From Lysobacterales bacterium (GTDB lineage: Bacteria; Pseudomonadota; Gammaproteobacteria; Xanthomonadales; SZUA-36), in NCBI GenBank assembly GCA_029287515.1, contig JARFQZ010000110.1:1-48562 (forward strand): a stretch of DNA of 48,562 nucleotides. The letters are read 5' to 3'. Below, piece after piece: positions 17,818-28,779 of the stretch. The first letter of the stretch is position 1. Every line of letters begins with the position of its first letter. The notes beneath the pieces were generated by a model. The model had not been told where the DNA came from and made no database searches. It was given only the letters and a program-made list of their open reading frames with translations. The position numbers and the translations under genes are program-made.

Positions 17818-20800
17818 TCACTCGGCCCTTCTCGGTATCAGTTCGATGTCCAGCATTTCGGCTACTTTCTCTACCAGTTCCGGTTCCTGGTAGGGTTTTG
17901 TCAGGTAGGCGTTGGCTCCTGCTTTCCTGGCCTTGCGCCTGTGTTTCTGACCTGCACGCGAGGTAATCATGACGACGGGAACGTGCCTGAGGCGTGAATC
18001 TGCCCGCACATGTTCCAGTAACTCGTATCCATCCATCCTCGGCATTTCGATATCGAGCAGCATCAGGTCCGGCACGTGGTCGTGCAGTTGTTCGATGGCG
18101 TCGATACCATCCTGCGCGGTCATGACCTCGATCGAATGGTTGTCAAGCACACGCGAAGTGACCTTACGCATCGTAATGGAGTCATCGACCACCATGACCA
18201 GCGGCTGACGACTGGTGTCCTGCGGCTCCGGCTCGATCTCGATGGGCTGTTCCGCCCGCTCCATGCCCCTGCGGATCAGCGGGCCCATGTCCAGGATGAT
18301 CATTACCTGTCCGTCAGCAGCGATGGTGCCGCCAAGAATTCCCGGAATACTGCTGATCTGCGGACCAACCGGCTTGATGACCACTTCCTGGTGACCTTGC
18401 AGTCCGGCCACGCGGAACGCTGCCTGGTGGTCGCCCGCACGGATCATCAACAATGAAACATTATCACTGTCCAGCGGCAGGGGCGGTGCGCCCAGCAGGG
18501 GTTCCAGTTCCAGCAACGGAAATTCCTCACCGGCGAATTCACAAGCCGGCGAGTCGCTCTTCAGTAATGCGGCATATTCTGACGGCGTCATCCTGGAAAC
18601 GCCTGCAACGCTGTTCAGGGGAATCTGGAAGGGTCGGTCACCGATGTTGACTGCAATCGCCTGCATGACGGCAAGGCTGAACGGAATCCTGATCGTAAAG
18701 CGGGTGCCCTTACCCGCCTCGGTCTCGATTTCCATTGATCCGCCGATCTGCTTGATCTCGTTGTTGACCACATCCATGCCCACGCCGCGTCCGGCCAATC
18801 CTGTGACCGTATCGGAAGTCGAGAATCCGCTTTCACGAATAAACTGGACCAGTTGCTGGGGTTCATGGCGGTCATCCTTGCTCATCAGGCCGCGTTCGAT
18901 GGCGCGTTTGCGAACCGCATCGAGATCAATACCTGAACCATCGTCCTCCACCCTGATCACGAACTCGGTGGCTTCCGCTTCAACGGTTACCGTGATGCTT
19001 CCTTCCTCTGGTTTATCTGCTTTGCGCCTCAACTTGGGCGATTCGATGCCGTGGGCAATTGCGTTGCGCAGCATGTGTTCCAGCGGCGCTGTAATCCGCT
19101 CAAGTACGTTGCGGTCAAGCTGATCGCTTGACCCGGCCATCCGGAGTTGTAACCTCGCCTGTTTTCCGGTTTCTGCTGCAGCAGTCCGTACAATCCTGCG
19201 CAAGCGCGGGGCGGCGCTGCCAAACGGCGTCATGCGGGTTTGCATGAGACCTTCCTGCAGGTCCGAACTGACGCGGGACTGCTGGGTCAGCAGGCTTTCG
19301 GCCTGGCGGACGGAGTCGTCCAGCATTTCATGCAGGTTGAGCAGGTCGCTGACCGATTCGGCAAGCGCCCGCGACAACTGCTGCATATTGGAGAAACGGT
19401 CCAGTTCGAGCGGGTCGAAATCGGTCGCCTCTTTGCCTGAAGCTTTCTGGTAGCGAGACATCATTTGCGCCTCGCTCTCGATGTCCATCTTGCGCAGTTG
19501 TTCTTTCAGCCGCTGAACCGTGCCGTCAACGTCCTTCAGGTTGTGGCGCACATGCCCCAACTGCTGTTCAAGCCGCGAGCGGTAAATACTGATTTCGCCC
19601 GCGTAGTTGACCAGCTTGTCCATGAGGTCGGCGCCAACCCGGATTTGCGCTCCCGGAGCGGCGTCCTCGGCCTGCGAAGCAGGGCGGTCCTGAATTTCCC
19701 TGAATTCTCGTGCCGGTTTCTTGGGAAGGGCCGGCTTGCGTTTGGTCTTGCGTGCCGCTTTTTTCGTTTTCTCTTCGGGTCGCGGGGAAATGTCGACCTG
19801 GATTTCCGGCTTGTCTTCCGGTACGGCAGCATCTGCAGACTCTTCCCCGGAGTCGGAATAGGCTTCGACTATTTCGGCGAATTGCGGAGCGTCTTCCTGC
19901 TGTGGCATTCGCAGAGCGCTGACGCGCTTGTCGAAGCGCTCCAGGGCCTCGCCTGTCTGTGGCAATCTGCCGGATTGGACCTGTTCTACCCAGATGTTAA
20001 GGCAATCACAACCCTCTTCCAGCGCCTGCACACAAGCCACCGTGGCTTCCACCCGGTTTGAAGCGATGTGTTCAAGCAGGGTTTCCATCGCGTGGCTGAG
20101 ATTGCCGAGACCCTCGAGCCCAGCCATCCGCGCCCCACCTTTGAAGGTGTGAATCTCGCGTTGCAGGTTTTGTACCAGCTTGCGGTCGGTAAGCTTGTCG
20201 CGCCAGGTATTGAGCAGCGTATCGCAGCGCTCGAGTACTTCGACGGCTTCCTCGAGGAAGATGGATATGATGCCGCCTTCCTCGATTTCGATCCTTTCGG
20301 AAGCCTCGGGTTCTTCATGAATTTCTTCGGCTTCAGGCACGGGTTCCGAAACAGGCTGCTCAACCGCGTCTTCCGTCCCGGCGGAAATTTCAGGAATCGA
20401 TTCTTCTCTTTCCGTCAGGGCCGCAATATCAGCAAGCAGTTTCTCGTCAGTGAGCGGATAACTGGTTGTGACACCGGTTTCGAGCACAGACAGCCTCTGG
20501 TGGAAACGGTGCAGGCAGATCTGCAGGGCCGTAATGAGGTCAGGTGTCGCCTGGAGGTCTCTCCTCTGTCGGTCCTCCAGGTAGTGTTCAAGCGCCCGTG
20601 CAACGTCTGCTTCCTGCCCCACCGGCGTCATGGCAAAGGTGCCGGCGAGCGTATGTGCTGCCCGGACCAGCCCGGTTTCGACAGGCTGATCTTCACCCGA
20701 CAACAGGCCATCGAGCAGCACCTGTAGCGTACCGATATGCTCCTGTATCTCCGTCTTCATGACCTGCTGCAATTCGGCATCGACGGTCTCTGCCGGTGCT

Positions 20801-23118
20801 GGCGCGTCGGTCGCGAATTCGATGGGCTCTTCCGCCTGTTCCTGCTCCGGCGCCTGCTCCTGCTCCGTCGGTGGTGCCGGGACCTGTAAATCCATTGCCC
20901 TGGACACCAGGGATTGCGGCAAGCTGTCCTGCAGCTTCTGCAGATCCGGCTGATTGCCGCCGGTCAGCTGCCTTGCATAAGCTCCGAGGCTCTTGATAGA
21001 GTCCTCATCGAGTTCACTGTCTTCGTTCATCAGCCTGGCACGCAGATCGTCCAGCGCGGCAACCGCAAACCCAACGGTGGTGCCCAATGGCTGGCTGAAA
21101 CTGATCTTCTTCTCGATCAGCTTGTTCAGAAGTTCCTCGATTCTCCATGAAAAGTCACCGACTTCCGCGGCGCCGACCATGCGTCCACTGCCCTTGAGTG
21201 TGTGGAATCCCCGCCTGAGTTCGGCGGTCGCTTTCTCATCGTCCGTGCTTTCGAGCCACGCAGCCAGGTTTTCGGCGAGCTGATTGCGTACCGAATCGAA
21301 TTCTTCGAGAAAGATGCCCAGCATTGCCGGGTCGATCTCCGCGGTATCTGCCTTGGCGTGTTGTTTTTCCGCCCTGGCCTCGGGTACCGGCCTTTCGGGC
21401 AGTTTGATGGTGGTGGCGGGTACTTCATCCCCGCTGGAACTTGCCTCTGCCTGGCCTTCGAGGCGGCTCGCCATGATCTCGAGGAATCTGAAGCTGCCAC
21501 CCTGTTCGTCCCGGCATCCGGCCAGGAATAATTCGAGTGCGGCAATGGCATCCGTAATGGCTTCCAGATTGCCAACTTCGCTGTCTGTATCAGTAAATGA
21601 AGCGTTGAGCACGCGGTTAAGCTTCTCGGTCAACGCCGCAACTTCCGCCTGCCCGGAAATGGACAAAGCCCCGGAAATCTGGGTTAACGGCTTTTCAAAG
21701 TCCGCCTCACCGTCCCCGTCGAGCCGTTTCCTGACCGCTTCCTGGACCTCGTGCAGGTTGCCGACACATTCGTCGAGCATCGTGCTCAGTATGTGCCTGA
21801 ACTCCTGTGGCGGCAGAGAAATCAGCTTGCTGCTTTTTTCCTCTTCGACCGGCTCACCGAGCAATTGGATATGCGTATCGAGGATGGATTCGACTTCGAG
21901 CAGCTTCTGCGCCAGCCCCAGAAGAGGGGAGTCCAGGTCCATGTTGGTTACGCTGCCAGTTTCTTCCAGTGCCGGCAGAAGGGCTTCGACAGCCTTGGAG
22001 GGAACGGGCAGGTTCAGCATATCGAGCGTATCGGCCAGCTGGCGCAGCGATGTTTTACTCTCGTTGCGTTGCTCCGCATCCACCCGGCCGGTCCGCAATT
22101 CCATGTCAAGTGTGTCTTTTACCTGGGCCAGTTCTTCGCGGACGGCGTCTCCTATGGACTCAAACAGCCCCGCGTCCCGCCCGGTCACAGCGCCACGGGC
22201 CCGCAACAGGGCTTCGCGGTCGGGAATCAGCTCTTCGAGACTGAATCTTTCGCGCAGCAGATCGGTCGCCTTGCTTCCCGGCCTGGCCTGGGCGGCATAG
22301 AACAGCAGCGCTCTTGAAAGCGCGGTGATCGTCTCCGTGGGAGGGCCGCTTTCGCCACCTTCCGTCATTGATTTCAGTGTCAGGTCCAACCGGGCGAACA
22401 GGCGCCGTAGCGGCAGGTCATTGTCGATGGCGCCTTCGCGCAGGCCCTGCATGGCCATGTCGGCGATCCACCAAAGGCGCCGGAGTTCATTACGGCCCAG
22501 GCGGATATAGAGCGTGCGGCAAACGGCCTGCATCGGTTCCAGCAACGCATCTTTCGATTGTTCTTTGAGCCAGCCCAGCAGCGCACCCTGGTACTGGCTG
22601 CGGACTTTGCTGGAAAAAGCGGCAAAATCAGAACTTGCAACAGCGTCTGCCTCGCTGCCACTCAGTTCGGGAACAATGACATCGAGATCCGGCGCGAAAA
22701 GCGTGCCTTCGGACATCAGTGAGTCATCGTAAGTGGCCCGGAGTTCGTTCAGTGTAGGCAGCAGCAGGATCGGAAGGTCTTCATGCCCCGCCTGCAGCCT
22801 GTCCAGGTAGGAAGGCAGCACGATGACAGCGTCTGTCAGCGCATTCAGCGATTCTTCACAATTGGCGTTGCCGTTATGCAACATGTGACCGCCAACAGCG
22901 ATCATCTCGTCGGTCAGAATGCCGGCGCCCTGTTGTTCCATGGTGAGGAATGTCAGGTTGAGTTGCTCCAGCTCTTCCTGAACCGCCAACAGGGGTTCGC
23001 GCTGCGAGGTGTCTTCGGCAAACGCCTCGAGGTTTTCGCGTACAGCCTCCAGGCACTCGTCCAGGTCTTTTCGGACCCAGCCGATCGCCGATCCGGCGTT
23101 CGATCCTTCAAGCATCAT
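17818..23118 (-). CDS. chpA: Hybrid histidine kinase ChpA (multi-Hpt CheA-type kinase with C-terminal receiver)
   Basis: Three Hpt motifs are present: [22 protein letters not shown] and [12 protein letters not shown]. The kinase core has [19 protein letters not shown] and GRGVGMD. A CheW-like domain follows, then a REC domain (VMVVDDS...[11 protein letters not shown]...TKP). The ATG at 23118 has a GAGG SD and overlaps the pilJ stop. Confidence 0.9.
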   Translation of the reverse strand: MMLEGSNAGSAIGWVRKDLDECLEAVRENLEAFAEDTSQREPLLAVQEELEQLNLTFLTMEQQGAGILTDEMIAVGGHMLHNGNANCEESLNALTDAVIVLPSYLDRLQAGHEDLPILLLPTLNELRATYDDSLMSEGTLFAPDLDVIVPELSGSEADAVASSDFAAFSSKVRSQYQGALLGWLKEQSKDALLEPMQAVCRTLYIRLGRNELRRLWWIADMAMQGLREGAIDNDLPLRRLFARLDLTLKSMTEGGESGPPTETITALSRALLFYAAQARPGSKATDLLRERFSLEELIPDREALLRARGAVTGRDAGLFESIGDAVREELAQVKDTLDMELRTGRVDAEQRNESKTSLRQLADTLDMLNLPVPSKAVEALLPALEETGSVTNMDLDSPLLGLAQKLLEVESILDTHIQLLGEPVEEEKSSKLISLPPQEFRHILSTMLDECVGNLHEVQEAVRKRLDGDGEADFEKPLTQISGALSISGQAEVAALTEKLNRVLNASFTDTDSEVGNLEAITDAIAALELFLAGCRDEQGGSFRFLEIMASRLEGQAEASSSGDEVPATTIKLPERPVPEARAEKQHAKADTAEIDPAMLGIFLEEFDSVRNQLAENLAAWLESTDDEKATAELRRGFHTLKGSGRMVGAAEVGDFSWRIEELLNKLIEKKISFSQPLGTTVGFAVAALDDLRARLMNEDSELDEDSIKSLGAYARQLTGGNQPDLQKLQDSLPQSLVSRAMDLQVPAPPTEQEQAPEQEQAEEPIEFATDAPAPAETVDAELQQVMKTEIQEHIGTLQVLLDGLLSGEDQPVETGLVRAAHTLAGTFAMTPVGQEADVARALEHYLEDRQRRDLQATPDLITALQICLHRFHQRLSVLETGVTTSYPLTDEKLLADIAALTEREESIPEISAGTEDAVEQPVSEPVPEAEEIHEEPEASERIEIEEGGIISIFLEEAVEVLERCDTLLNTWRDKLTDRKLVQNLQREIHTFKGGARMAGLEGLGNLSHAMETLLEHIASNRVEATVACVQALEEGCDCLNIWVEQVQSGRLPQTGEALERFDKRVSALRMPQQEDAPQFAEIVEAYSDSGEESADAAVPEDKPEIQVDISPRPEEKTKKAARKTKRKPALPKKPAREFREIQDRPASQAEDAAPGAQIRVGADLMDKLVNYAGEISIYRSRLEQQLGHVRHNLKDVDGTVQRLKEQLRKMDIESEAQMMSRYQKASGKEATDFDPLELDRFSNMQQLSRALAESVSDLLNLHEMLDDSVRQAESLLTQQSRVSSDLQEGLMQTRMTPFGSAAPRLRRIVRTAAAETGKQARLQLRMAGSSDQLDRNVLERITAPLEHMLRNAIAHGIESPKLRRKADKPEEGSITVTVEAEATEFVIRVEDDGSGIDLDAVRKRAIERGLMSKDDRHEPQQLVQFIRESGFSTSDTVTGLAGRGVGMDVVNNEIKQIGGSMEIETEAGKGTRFTIRIPFSLAVMQAIAVNIGDRPFQIPLNSVAGVSRMTPSEYAALLKSDSPACEFAGEEFPLLELEPLLGAPPLPLDSDNVSLLMIRAGDHQAAFRVAGLQGHQEVVIKPVGPQISSIPGILGGTIAADGQVMIILDMGPLIRRGMERAEQPIEIEPEPQDTSRQPLVMVVDDSITMRKVTSRVLDNHSIEVMTAQDGIDAIEQLHDHVPDLMLLDIEMPRMDGYELLEHVRADSRLRHVPVVMITSRAGQKHRRKARKAGANAYLTKPYQEPELVEKVAEMLDIELIPRRAE

Positions 23119-25189
23119 TTCCGTCACCTCTGGTCTTCGGCAGCTTGAAATCGGCAACCGACTCGCTTAGTTTGTGGACGAGATCTGCCAGCCTGCCCAT
23201 GGATTGAGCAGACTTGTCGCTGCCCTCAGATGTCTGGATGGACACATCGCGAATGCTGTTCATCTGCTCAGCAATCCGGGTAGCAGTTTCTGACTGGGAC
23301 TGGGCTTCCTGCGAAATGTCCTCAATCAATCGTGAAAGGTCTTTCGAAACGGATTCGATTCGCTGCAATGCCTCGCCCGCATCCTCGGCTTTTTCTGCGC
23401 CGGAAACGACCTCGGATGTCGTGGATTCCATCGAGACGACCGCCTCGGAAGTGTCCGCCTGGATGTTCTGAACCAGCATTTCGATCCGGCGCGTTGCGTT
23501 AGTGGCACGCTCCGCCAACCGCTGGACCTCATCAGCTACCACGGCGAATCCCCGCCCCGCGCCGCCGGCTGATGCAGATTGAATGGCCGCGTTCAGTGCA
23601 AGAATATTGGTTTGTTCCGCAATGCCGTTAATCAGTTCGACGATATCGCCGATCTCCTGTGACGACTCACCCAGACGCTTGATCCGCTTCGACGTGTCCT
23701 GGATCTGGTCGCGGATGGTGTCCATTCCCTTGATCGTTTGTTGCACCATCTGTGAACCGCTGTGCGCGATCGCAACCGAACGCTGCGCAACTTCGCTGGA
23801 TTCCCTGGAGCGTTCCGCCATTCCGTCGAATGATTCCGCCATCTCGTGAATGGTGTCCGTGGCGGCCCGGACCTGTTCTGCCTGCTGGGTGGAAGCGATG
23901 GCCAGTTTCCCCGTGGTTTCCATGGTTTCGTTGGCTGATTCCGATACGGTTTGCGCGGTGATGTTGATGCCGGTAACCAATTCCCGCAATTGCTCCACCG
24001 CGAAATTGACCGAATCTGCGATTGCTCCCGTCATATCGTCTGTTACGGTGGCCTTGACCGTGAGGTCGCCATCGGCCAGCGAGCTCATTTCATCGAGCAG
24101 ACGCATGATGGCCTGTTGGTTCTTCTGATTCTGCATGCCGGCTTCAACGGCCCGCCGTCTTTCTGCCGAGAGAAAAGAGCGCACCATAAAGGAAATGGAG
24201 ACCAGGATGACAATCAGGGCCAGTGAGCCGGACCACAGTGATGGCCAAAGGCGGGTACCCGACCTGAATTGGACGCTGTCGGCTATACCCCGGGAAATGT
24301 CAAACAGAGTGAGGCTATCGACAAAAATTTCATCCGCAGCACCCCGAACAGCAAGGATATCGCCGGATGATTCGAGGACCGTGTCCAGTTGCGGGCGTGC
24401 GTTATCGAACAGCAGTCGCGCCTCGTTCAGGGCTTTCATGGCGGCGGAATTCTGCACCTGGGTGACGCCCACAGACCGGCTTCCGTGAAGCAGGGCGTTC
24501 GAGGTCTGCTCAAAATATTCGATCTCCTGCTTGAACTGGTCCGCGGCGGCCACTGATCCTGCACCGCCCCTGAGCATTTCTTTAAGGTGCCGCAGAATCC
24601 GGTCCGACAGAACCAGTTGACGTCCGGCAACGAAAACCTGGTTGCTGGATGCATTGCTCCTGGTCAGTTCCCGGACCGCCTCATCGGTGAGTTCCTGGAT
24701 TCTTGGAATGACTTCCATGAACGACTTGCTGGCATCGGACAGTTCGAGCACCAGTTTTTCCCGTTCGAGAATGCTCTCTGCATTGGGGTTCATGCGGTTC
24801 CAGGTGCGGTCCAGGTCAGCCAGCGAGTCGGACATGGCGCCCGGCAGAGGAGGCAGCGAACGCAGGGGGTCTCCGCTTTTCAGTGCGGCGACCGCGTCGG
24901 CGATGATCCCGGTGGAGTCGCCCATCTGGACAAAGGCGCTGGTATTGCCTTCCACTGCCTCGGAAACCGATTTCGCAAGCTGTTGCGAGTGCACCTGCAG
25001 ATCCGTCGACAACCTGATCCATTCCTGTTCGTTACGGCTTTCCTTGGTGATCAGGAAGAAGGTAACAGCCACAAAGACCAGCAACAGCACGAGGAATCCG
25101 ACCATCGCGTACAGGCGACCGGATTTTTGTTGAGTGGCGGGCTTGAAATTTGTCGATGTCATTTTCTTCTGCCCCTTCTCGCGCTTCAT
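23108..25189 (-). CDS. pilJ: Methyl-accepting chemotaxis protein PilJ
   Basis: It is collinear with P. aeruginosa PilJ. This includes the nearly identical signalling region [68 protein letters not shown]. Start candidates are 25249, 25189 (GAGAGG SD) and 25162. Confidence 0.9.
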   Translation of the reverse strand: MKREKGQKKMTSTNFKPATQQKSGRLYAMVGFLVLLLVFVAVTFFLITKESRNEQEWIRLSTDLQVHSQQLAKSVSEAVEGNTSAFVQMGDSTGIIADAVAALKSGDPLRSLPPLPGAMSDSLADLDRTWNRMNPNAESILEREKLVLELSDASKSFMEVIPRIQELTDEAVRELTRSNASSNQVFVAGRQLVLSDRILRHLKEMLRGGAGSVAAADQFKQEIEYFEQTSNALLHGSRSVGVTQVQNSAAMKALNEARLLFDNARPQLDTVLESSGDILAVRGAADEIFVDSLTLFDISRGIADSVQFRSGTRLWPSLWSGSLALIVILVSISFMVRSFLSAERRRAVEAGMQNQKNQQAIMRLLDEMSSLADGDLTVKATVTDDMTGAIADSVNFAVEQLRELVTGINITAQTVSESANETMETTGKLAIASTQQAEQVRAATDTIHEMAESFDGMAERSRESSEVAQRSVAIAHSGSQMVQQTIKGMDTIRDQIQDTSKRIKRLGESSQEIGDIVELINGIAEQTNILALNAAIQSASAGGAGRGFAVVADEVQRLAERATNATRRIEMLVQNIQADTSEAVVSMESTTSEVVSGAEKAEDAGEALQRIESVSKDLSRLIEDISQEAQSQSETATRIAEQMNSIRDVSIQTSEGSDKSAQSMGRLADLVHKLSESVADFKLPKTRGDGNDA

Positions 25190-25232
25190 CAGGAAACCTC
25201 TCTGTCGCGAATGGCTTTGCCGTGTTCGGGAT

Positions 25233-25793
25233 TTATTCCGCCGCGCCATTAAGGAACTCCGGCGAATTGAAAAGTTGATCGAGATTCAGTTCCTTCCAGG
25301 ATTCAGAACCCAGGTTATGTTGCTTGCTTACGATTCCATTCAATGGCGAGTCTTTTTCCAGGTCCGCCGGGATCGCGTCGCTGTCGAGAAAGTGCCTTTG
25401 GCCAAACACCTCGCTGATCAGTAGTCCGATAGGCGCCTTATTAAGGCTGGTGGCCAGCAGGCGGCTACGCGCTGATACCGGCGTGCGCACACCGGTGAGA
25501 AACCACGAAAGATCAACCACGGTCAAGAGTTCGCCCCTGACATTGGCCAGCCCGATAATCCAGGATTTCGAGCCCGGAACCGGTGTGGCCTGTGGGCAGG
25601 GAAGTATTTCGCTGATTCGATCGATATTGCAGGCCATATTCGTGTCACCGACACTGAATGTGACTCCGCTCCATTCTTCGGAATCCCCGTCACCGCTGCC
25701 GGCGCCGGGTGAAAAGCCCGTGCTTCGCTTCTCGTACTCGAGCAGCTTTGCGAAAGCCGCGTTTTTACCGTTCAGATTCATCCGTCCCTTCAC
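25233..25793 (-). CDS. pilI: CheW-like protein PilI
   Basis: 186 aa with the CheW-domain pattern ([23 protein letters not shown]...[18 protein letters not shown]). It sits between pilG and pilJ. Confidence 0.8.
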   Translation of the reverse strand: MKGRMNLNGKNAAFAKLLEYEKRSTGFSPGAGSGDGDSEEWSGVTFSVGDTNMACNIDRISEILPCPQATPVPGSKSWIIGLANVRGELLTVVDLSWFLTGVRTPVSARSRLLATSLNKAPIGLLISEVFGQRHFLDSDAIPADLEKDSPLNGIVSKQHNLGSESWKELNLDQLFNSPEFLNGAAE

Positions 25794-25828
25794 TATCCCT
25801 GTTAGTGGACCATTGGTTTGAGCCTGGA

Positions 25829-26257
25829 TCAGGCGGCCGCGTGCTGAGCTACCGCTGCTAGCAACTCCTCTTTGGTAAATGGCTTGGTGAGGTACAGGTC
25901 CGAACCAACCACGCGTCCGCGGGCCTGGTCGAATAACCCGTCCTTGCTGGTCAGCATAACCACCGGCGTCGCCCTGTACTGGGTGTTGTTCTTGATGATC
26001 GCGCAGGTCTGGTAACCGTCCAGCCTGGGCATCATGATGTCTACGAAAATGAGGTCCGGGTTATGCCGCGCCACCATGGACAAGGCTTCAAATCCGTTTT
26101 CCGCGGTGACCACATCGTAGCCTTCGGCGGTCAGCATGCTTTCGGCTGAACGCCTGATGGTTGAGCTGTCGTCAACGACCAGGATGCGCGTGGAGGAGTG
26201 GTCGGCACTGCCGTTCATTTTTTCGATCGTGTGTTCTTCAGTCATAAATCCATCCAT
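25829..26257 (-). CDS. pilG: Twitching-motility response regulator PilG (CheY-like)
   Basis: ILVVDDSSTIRRSAESML...DLIFVDIMMPRLDGYQTCAIIKNN...TPVVMLTSKDGLFDQARGRVVGSDLYLTKPFTKEELL is very close to P. aeruginosa PilG. It is divergent from gshB, as in Pseudomonas. Confidence 0.9.
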   Translation of the reverse strand: MDGFMTEEHTIEKMNGSADHSSTRILVVDDSSTIRRSAESMLTAEGYDVVTAENGFEALSMVARHNPDLIFVDIMMPRLDGYQTCAIIKNNTQYRATPVVMLTSKDGLFDQARGRVVGSDLYLTKPFTKEELLAAVAQHAAA

Positions 26258-26416
26258 GGTTTGCCTTATGGCGCCGGCGCCATTTTACGCCTGCACAGGA
26301 ACACTGTCCCCCCGATTCTATTCGGCTGGGATCTCCAAGTCTACCACTTTTGACAGCAGATTCCAGTAGTAACAACGGCTTATGAAAAAAAGCTAAGATA
26401 CATACTGCAGAAGAAA

Positions 26417-26445
26417 TTGGTTCAAAGCTTTGTTAATCTGATAAT
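26417..26445 (+). promoter_or_regulatory. Candidate sigma70 promoter for gshB
   Basis: The -35 element is TTGGTT (26417-26422), followed by a 17-nt spacer and the -10 element GATAAT (26440-26445). It lies about 70 nt upstream of the gshB ATG. This is a pattern match only. Confidence 0.3.
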
Positions 26446-26514
26446 AAGGGATAACAATTTACCGGGATCAGGGAAGGCAATATGGCTGACGCCAGCGACA
26501 AAGAAGGCAGACAA

Positions 26515-27456
26515 ATGCGGACCGGGGTCATCATGGACCCGATTGCCGGTATCGCTACCTACAAGGATTCCACTTTTGCGATGCTGCTCGAGGCGCAGCG
26601 CCGCAATCATGAAATCTGGTACATGGAGGCTACCGGCCTCAGCATCAGGGACGGCGTAGCCCTGGGGCACATGAGCCCGTTGTCGGTGAGAGACAACACG
26701 GATGACTGGTTCACCCTGGGACAGAAGGAAAACCGTGAACTGGCGACTCTCGATATCCTCCTGATGCGCAAAGACCCTCCCTACAACATGGATTACGTGT
26801 ACGCAACCTACGTCCTGGACCTTGCGGAACAATCCGGGGTGACCGTCGTCAACCGGCCCCAGGCGCTGCGGGATGCCAATGAAAAATGTTTCACCACGCA
26901 GTTTCCGCAGTGTTGCGTTCCGATGCTGATCAGCAGCAAGTCGAGTGAGATCAAGGCATTTGTGGCGGAATACGGCCTTTCCGTGGTCAAGCCACTGGAT
27001 GGAATGGGCGGTGAGTCCATTTTCCAGGCCCGGCCCGACGACCCGAATCTGAATGTCATACTTGAGACCATTACGCTCAAGGACAGTCAACTGATTATGG
27101 TGCAACAATACATTCCGGAGATCGCGCAGGGCGATAAGCGTATCCTGGTGGTCAACGGCGAGCCGGTTCCTTACGCGCTGGCTCGAATTCCCGGTGAGGG
27201 TGATTTCCGGGGAAACCTGGCCAAGGGAGGAACAGGAAAAGGCGTTCCACTGAGCGACCGGGATTACTGGATCTGTGAACAGGTTGCGCCGGAGTTGAAG
27301 CGCCGGGGTATCCTGTTCGCGGGATTGGACGTGATCGGTGACTGGCTCACTGAAATCAATGTCACCAGCCCCACCTGCATTCGCGAACTGGATGCACAGT
27401 ATGGGCTGAACATTGCAGGAGATATGTTCGACGTGCTGGAAGCGTCGAGAAACTGA
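26515..27456 (+). CDS. gshB: Glutathione synthetase
   Basis: MRTGVIMDPIAGIATYKDSTFAMLLEAQRRNHEIWYME parallels the E. coli GshB N-terminus. ATP-grasp blocks lie downstream. GAAGG is 7 nt upstream of the ATG at 26515. Confidence 0.9.
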   Translation: MRTGVIMDPIAGIATYKDSTFAMLLEAQRRNHEIWYMEATGLSIRDGVALGHMSPLSVRDNTDDWFTLGQKENRELATLDILLMRKDPPYNMDYVYATYVLDLAEQSGVTVVNRPQALRDANEKCFTTQFPQCCVPMLISSKSSEIKAFVAEYGLSVVKPLDGMGGESIFQARPDDPNLNVILETITLKDSQLIMVQQYIPEIAQGDKRILVVNGEPVPYALARIPGEGDFRGNLAKGGTGKGVPLSDRDYWICEQVAPELKRRGILFAGLDVIGDWLTEINVTSPTCIRELDAQYGLNIAGDMFDVLEASRN

Positions 27457-27471
27457 GGAAGCAATATCGGC

Positions 27472-28341
27472 ATGATGCTGGATTCAAACAGGTATACGTC
27501 CTGGACACAGGACCGATTCATGGTATTTCTCGTGTTCGCGCTGGCAGTGCATGCGCTGTTGTTTCTTGGCGTGAGTTTCGGCGTTTCACTGAATCCCGTG
27601 CCGCGCCTTGCTGATACGCTGGACGTGGTGCTGGTGCAGTGGCGATCGGAGGAAGAGCCCGAGAAGGCGGATTACCTGGCGCAGGCAAACCAGCAGGGGG
27701 GAGGCGAGACGACTGAAAAATCCCGCCCTGCCGAGCCGGTCAGCGGAGAAATTCCCACACCACTGGAGGGGCAGAATCCGGTACAGGCGCAAGAGCAGGT
27801 TCCTTCTCCGGAAGTGGAGGTGCGGGAAATCGTGGCGTTGGAGACCGAGGAGTCTCAAGCCCTGCAACAGACTTCAGTGGAACAGTTGGAATTTGAGCGC
27901 CCGGATGCCTCGCAGCTGATGCAGCAGAGCATGGACATGGCCAGCCTCAAACCGGAGCTCAGCCGTAAACGGCAGTCCGTTTCCAAGCTGCCCAAACGCG
28001 AATTCATCTCGGCCAACACCAAGCAGTACGAGTTCGCCAGTTATATGAGCGCCTGGGTTTCAAAAGTCGAACGGGTGGGCAACCTGAATTATCCCAGTGA
28101 CCTCAGAAGGAAGAAGCTACACGGGGATCTCGTGCTGACGGTAGGCATATTCCAGAATGGGACGGTGGAAAGCATCGATGTAAAGAGGAGCTCGGGTGTT
28201 CCTGAAATCGATGAGGCGGCTATCAGGATTGTGCAGATGGCGGCGCCTTATTCCCCATTGCCTGACAACATTACGGAACGGGTGGACATTCTCCATATCA
28301 CCCGCACCTGGCGTTTCGAGACGGGATTCGGGTCTGACTAG
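27472..28341 (+). CDS. TonB-family energy transducer (TonB3-like by position)
   Basis: It has an N-terminal TM segment (FMVFLVFALAVHALLFLGV) and a Pro/Glu-rich spacer. The C-terminal TonB domain reads YPSDLRRKKLHGDLVLTVGIFQNGTVESIDVKRSSGVPEIDEAAIRIVQMAAPYSPLP. Confidence 0.8.
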   Translation: MMLDSNRYTSWTQDRFMVFLVFALAVHALLFLGVSFGVSLNPVPRLADTLDVVLVQWRSEEEPEKADYLAQANQQGGGETTEKSRPAEPVSGEIPTPLEGQNPVQAQEQVPSPEVEVREIVALETEESQALQQTSVEQLEFERPDASQLMQQSMDMASLKPELSRKRQSVSKLPKREFISANTKQYEFASYMSAWVSKVERVGNLNYPSDLRRKKLHGDLVLTVGIFQNGTVESIDVKRSSGVPEIDEAAIRIVQMAAPYSPLPDNITERVDILHITRTWRFETGFGSD

Positions 28342-28353
28342 ATAAATTGCCGC

Positions 28354-28779
28354 TCAGGGTCCGCTGTGTGGCTCAGCCATCACGCAGCGCAACTCAACGG
28401 TGTTGCCATCCGGATCCTTAATGTAAAGGGAGCGGCCAAACCCCTCGGCGCCGTATCGCACTTCAAATGTTCCGGCTTCAATGCCCTTTGACCCCAGCCA
28501 ATCGTGAATTTCCTCCTCACTCAGCGATTCGATCTGGAGGCAAAAATGGTCCATGTTGTTTCCCTCGGGTGACGGGGCAGGCCCGCCGGAACGCCCGAGT
28601 TTGCTGTTCACTGAAACGAGATCTATCAACGACTGTCCCGCCCTGAGCTGAATCAGGCCGGTTTCAGCGGGAAGGCTGCGTTCGACTGTGCAACCCAGAA
28701 CCTCAGAGTAAAACCGGATCATCGCTCTGGGCTGCTCAGTACGCAGCACCAGGTGGTCGATCATTCTGACGCGTATCAT
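28354..28779 (-). CDS. VOC-family (glyoxalase/bleomycin-resistance/dioxygenase fold) protein
   Basis: The pattern MIDHLVLRTEQPRAMIRFYSEVLGCTV...DHFCLQI...GRSLYIKDPDGNTVEL is present. The ATG at 28779 overlaps the LOG stop (ATGA). Confidence 0.7.
   Translation of the reverse strand: MIRVRMIDHLVLRTEQPRAMIRFYSEVLGCTVERSLPAETGLIQLRAGQSLIDLVSVNSKLGRSGGPAPSPEGNNMDHFCLQIESLSEEEIHDWLGSKGIEAGTFEVRYGAEGFGRSLYIKDPDGNTVELRCVMAEPHSGP

Noticed and set aside
20815-20880. A short repetitive GC-rich stretch (cctgctcc units) in chpA that encodes [14 protein letters not shown].
   Set aside because: It is a low-complexity acidic linker between Hpt modules, which is typical of ChpA/CheA linkers. It is not a discrete DNA repeat element.
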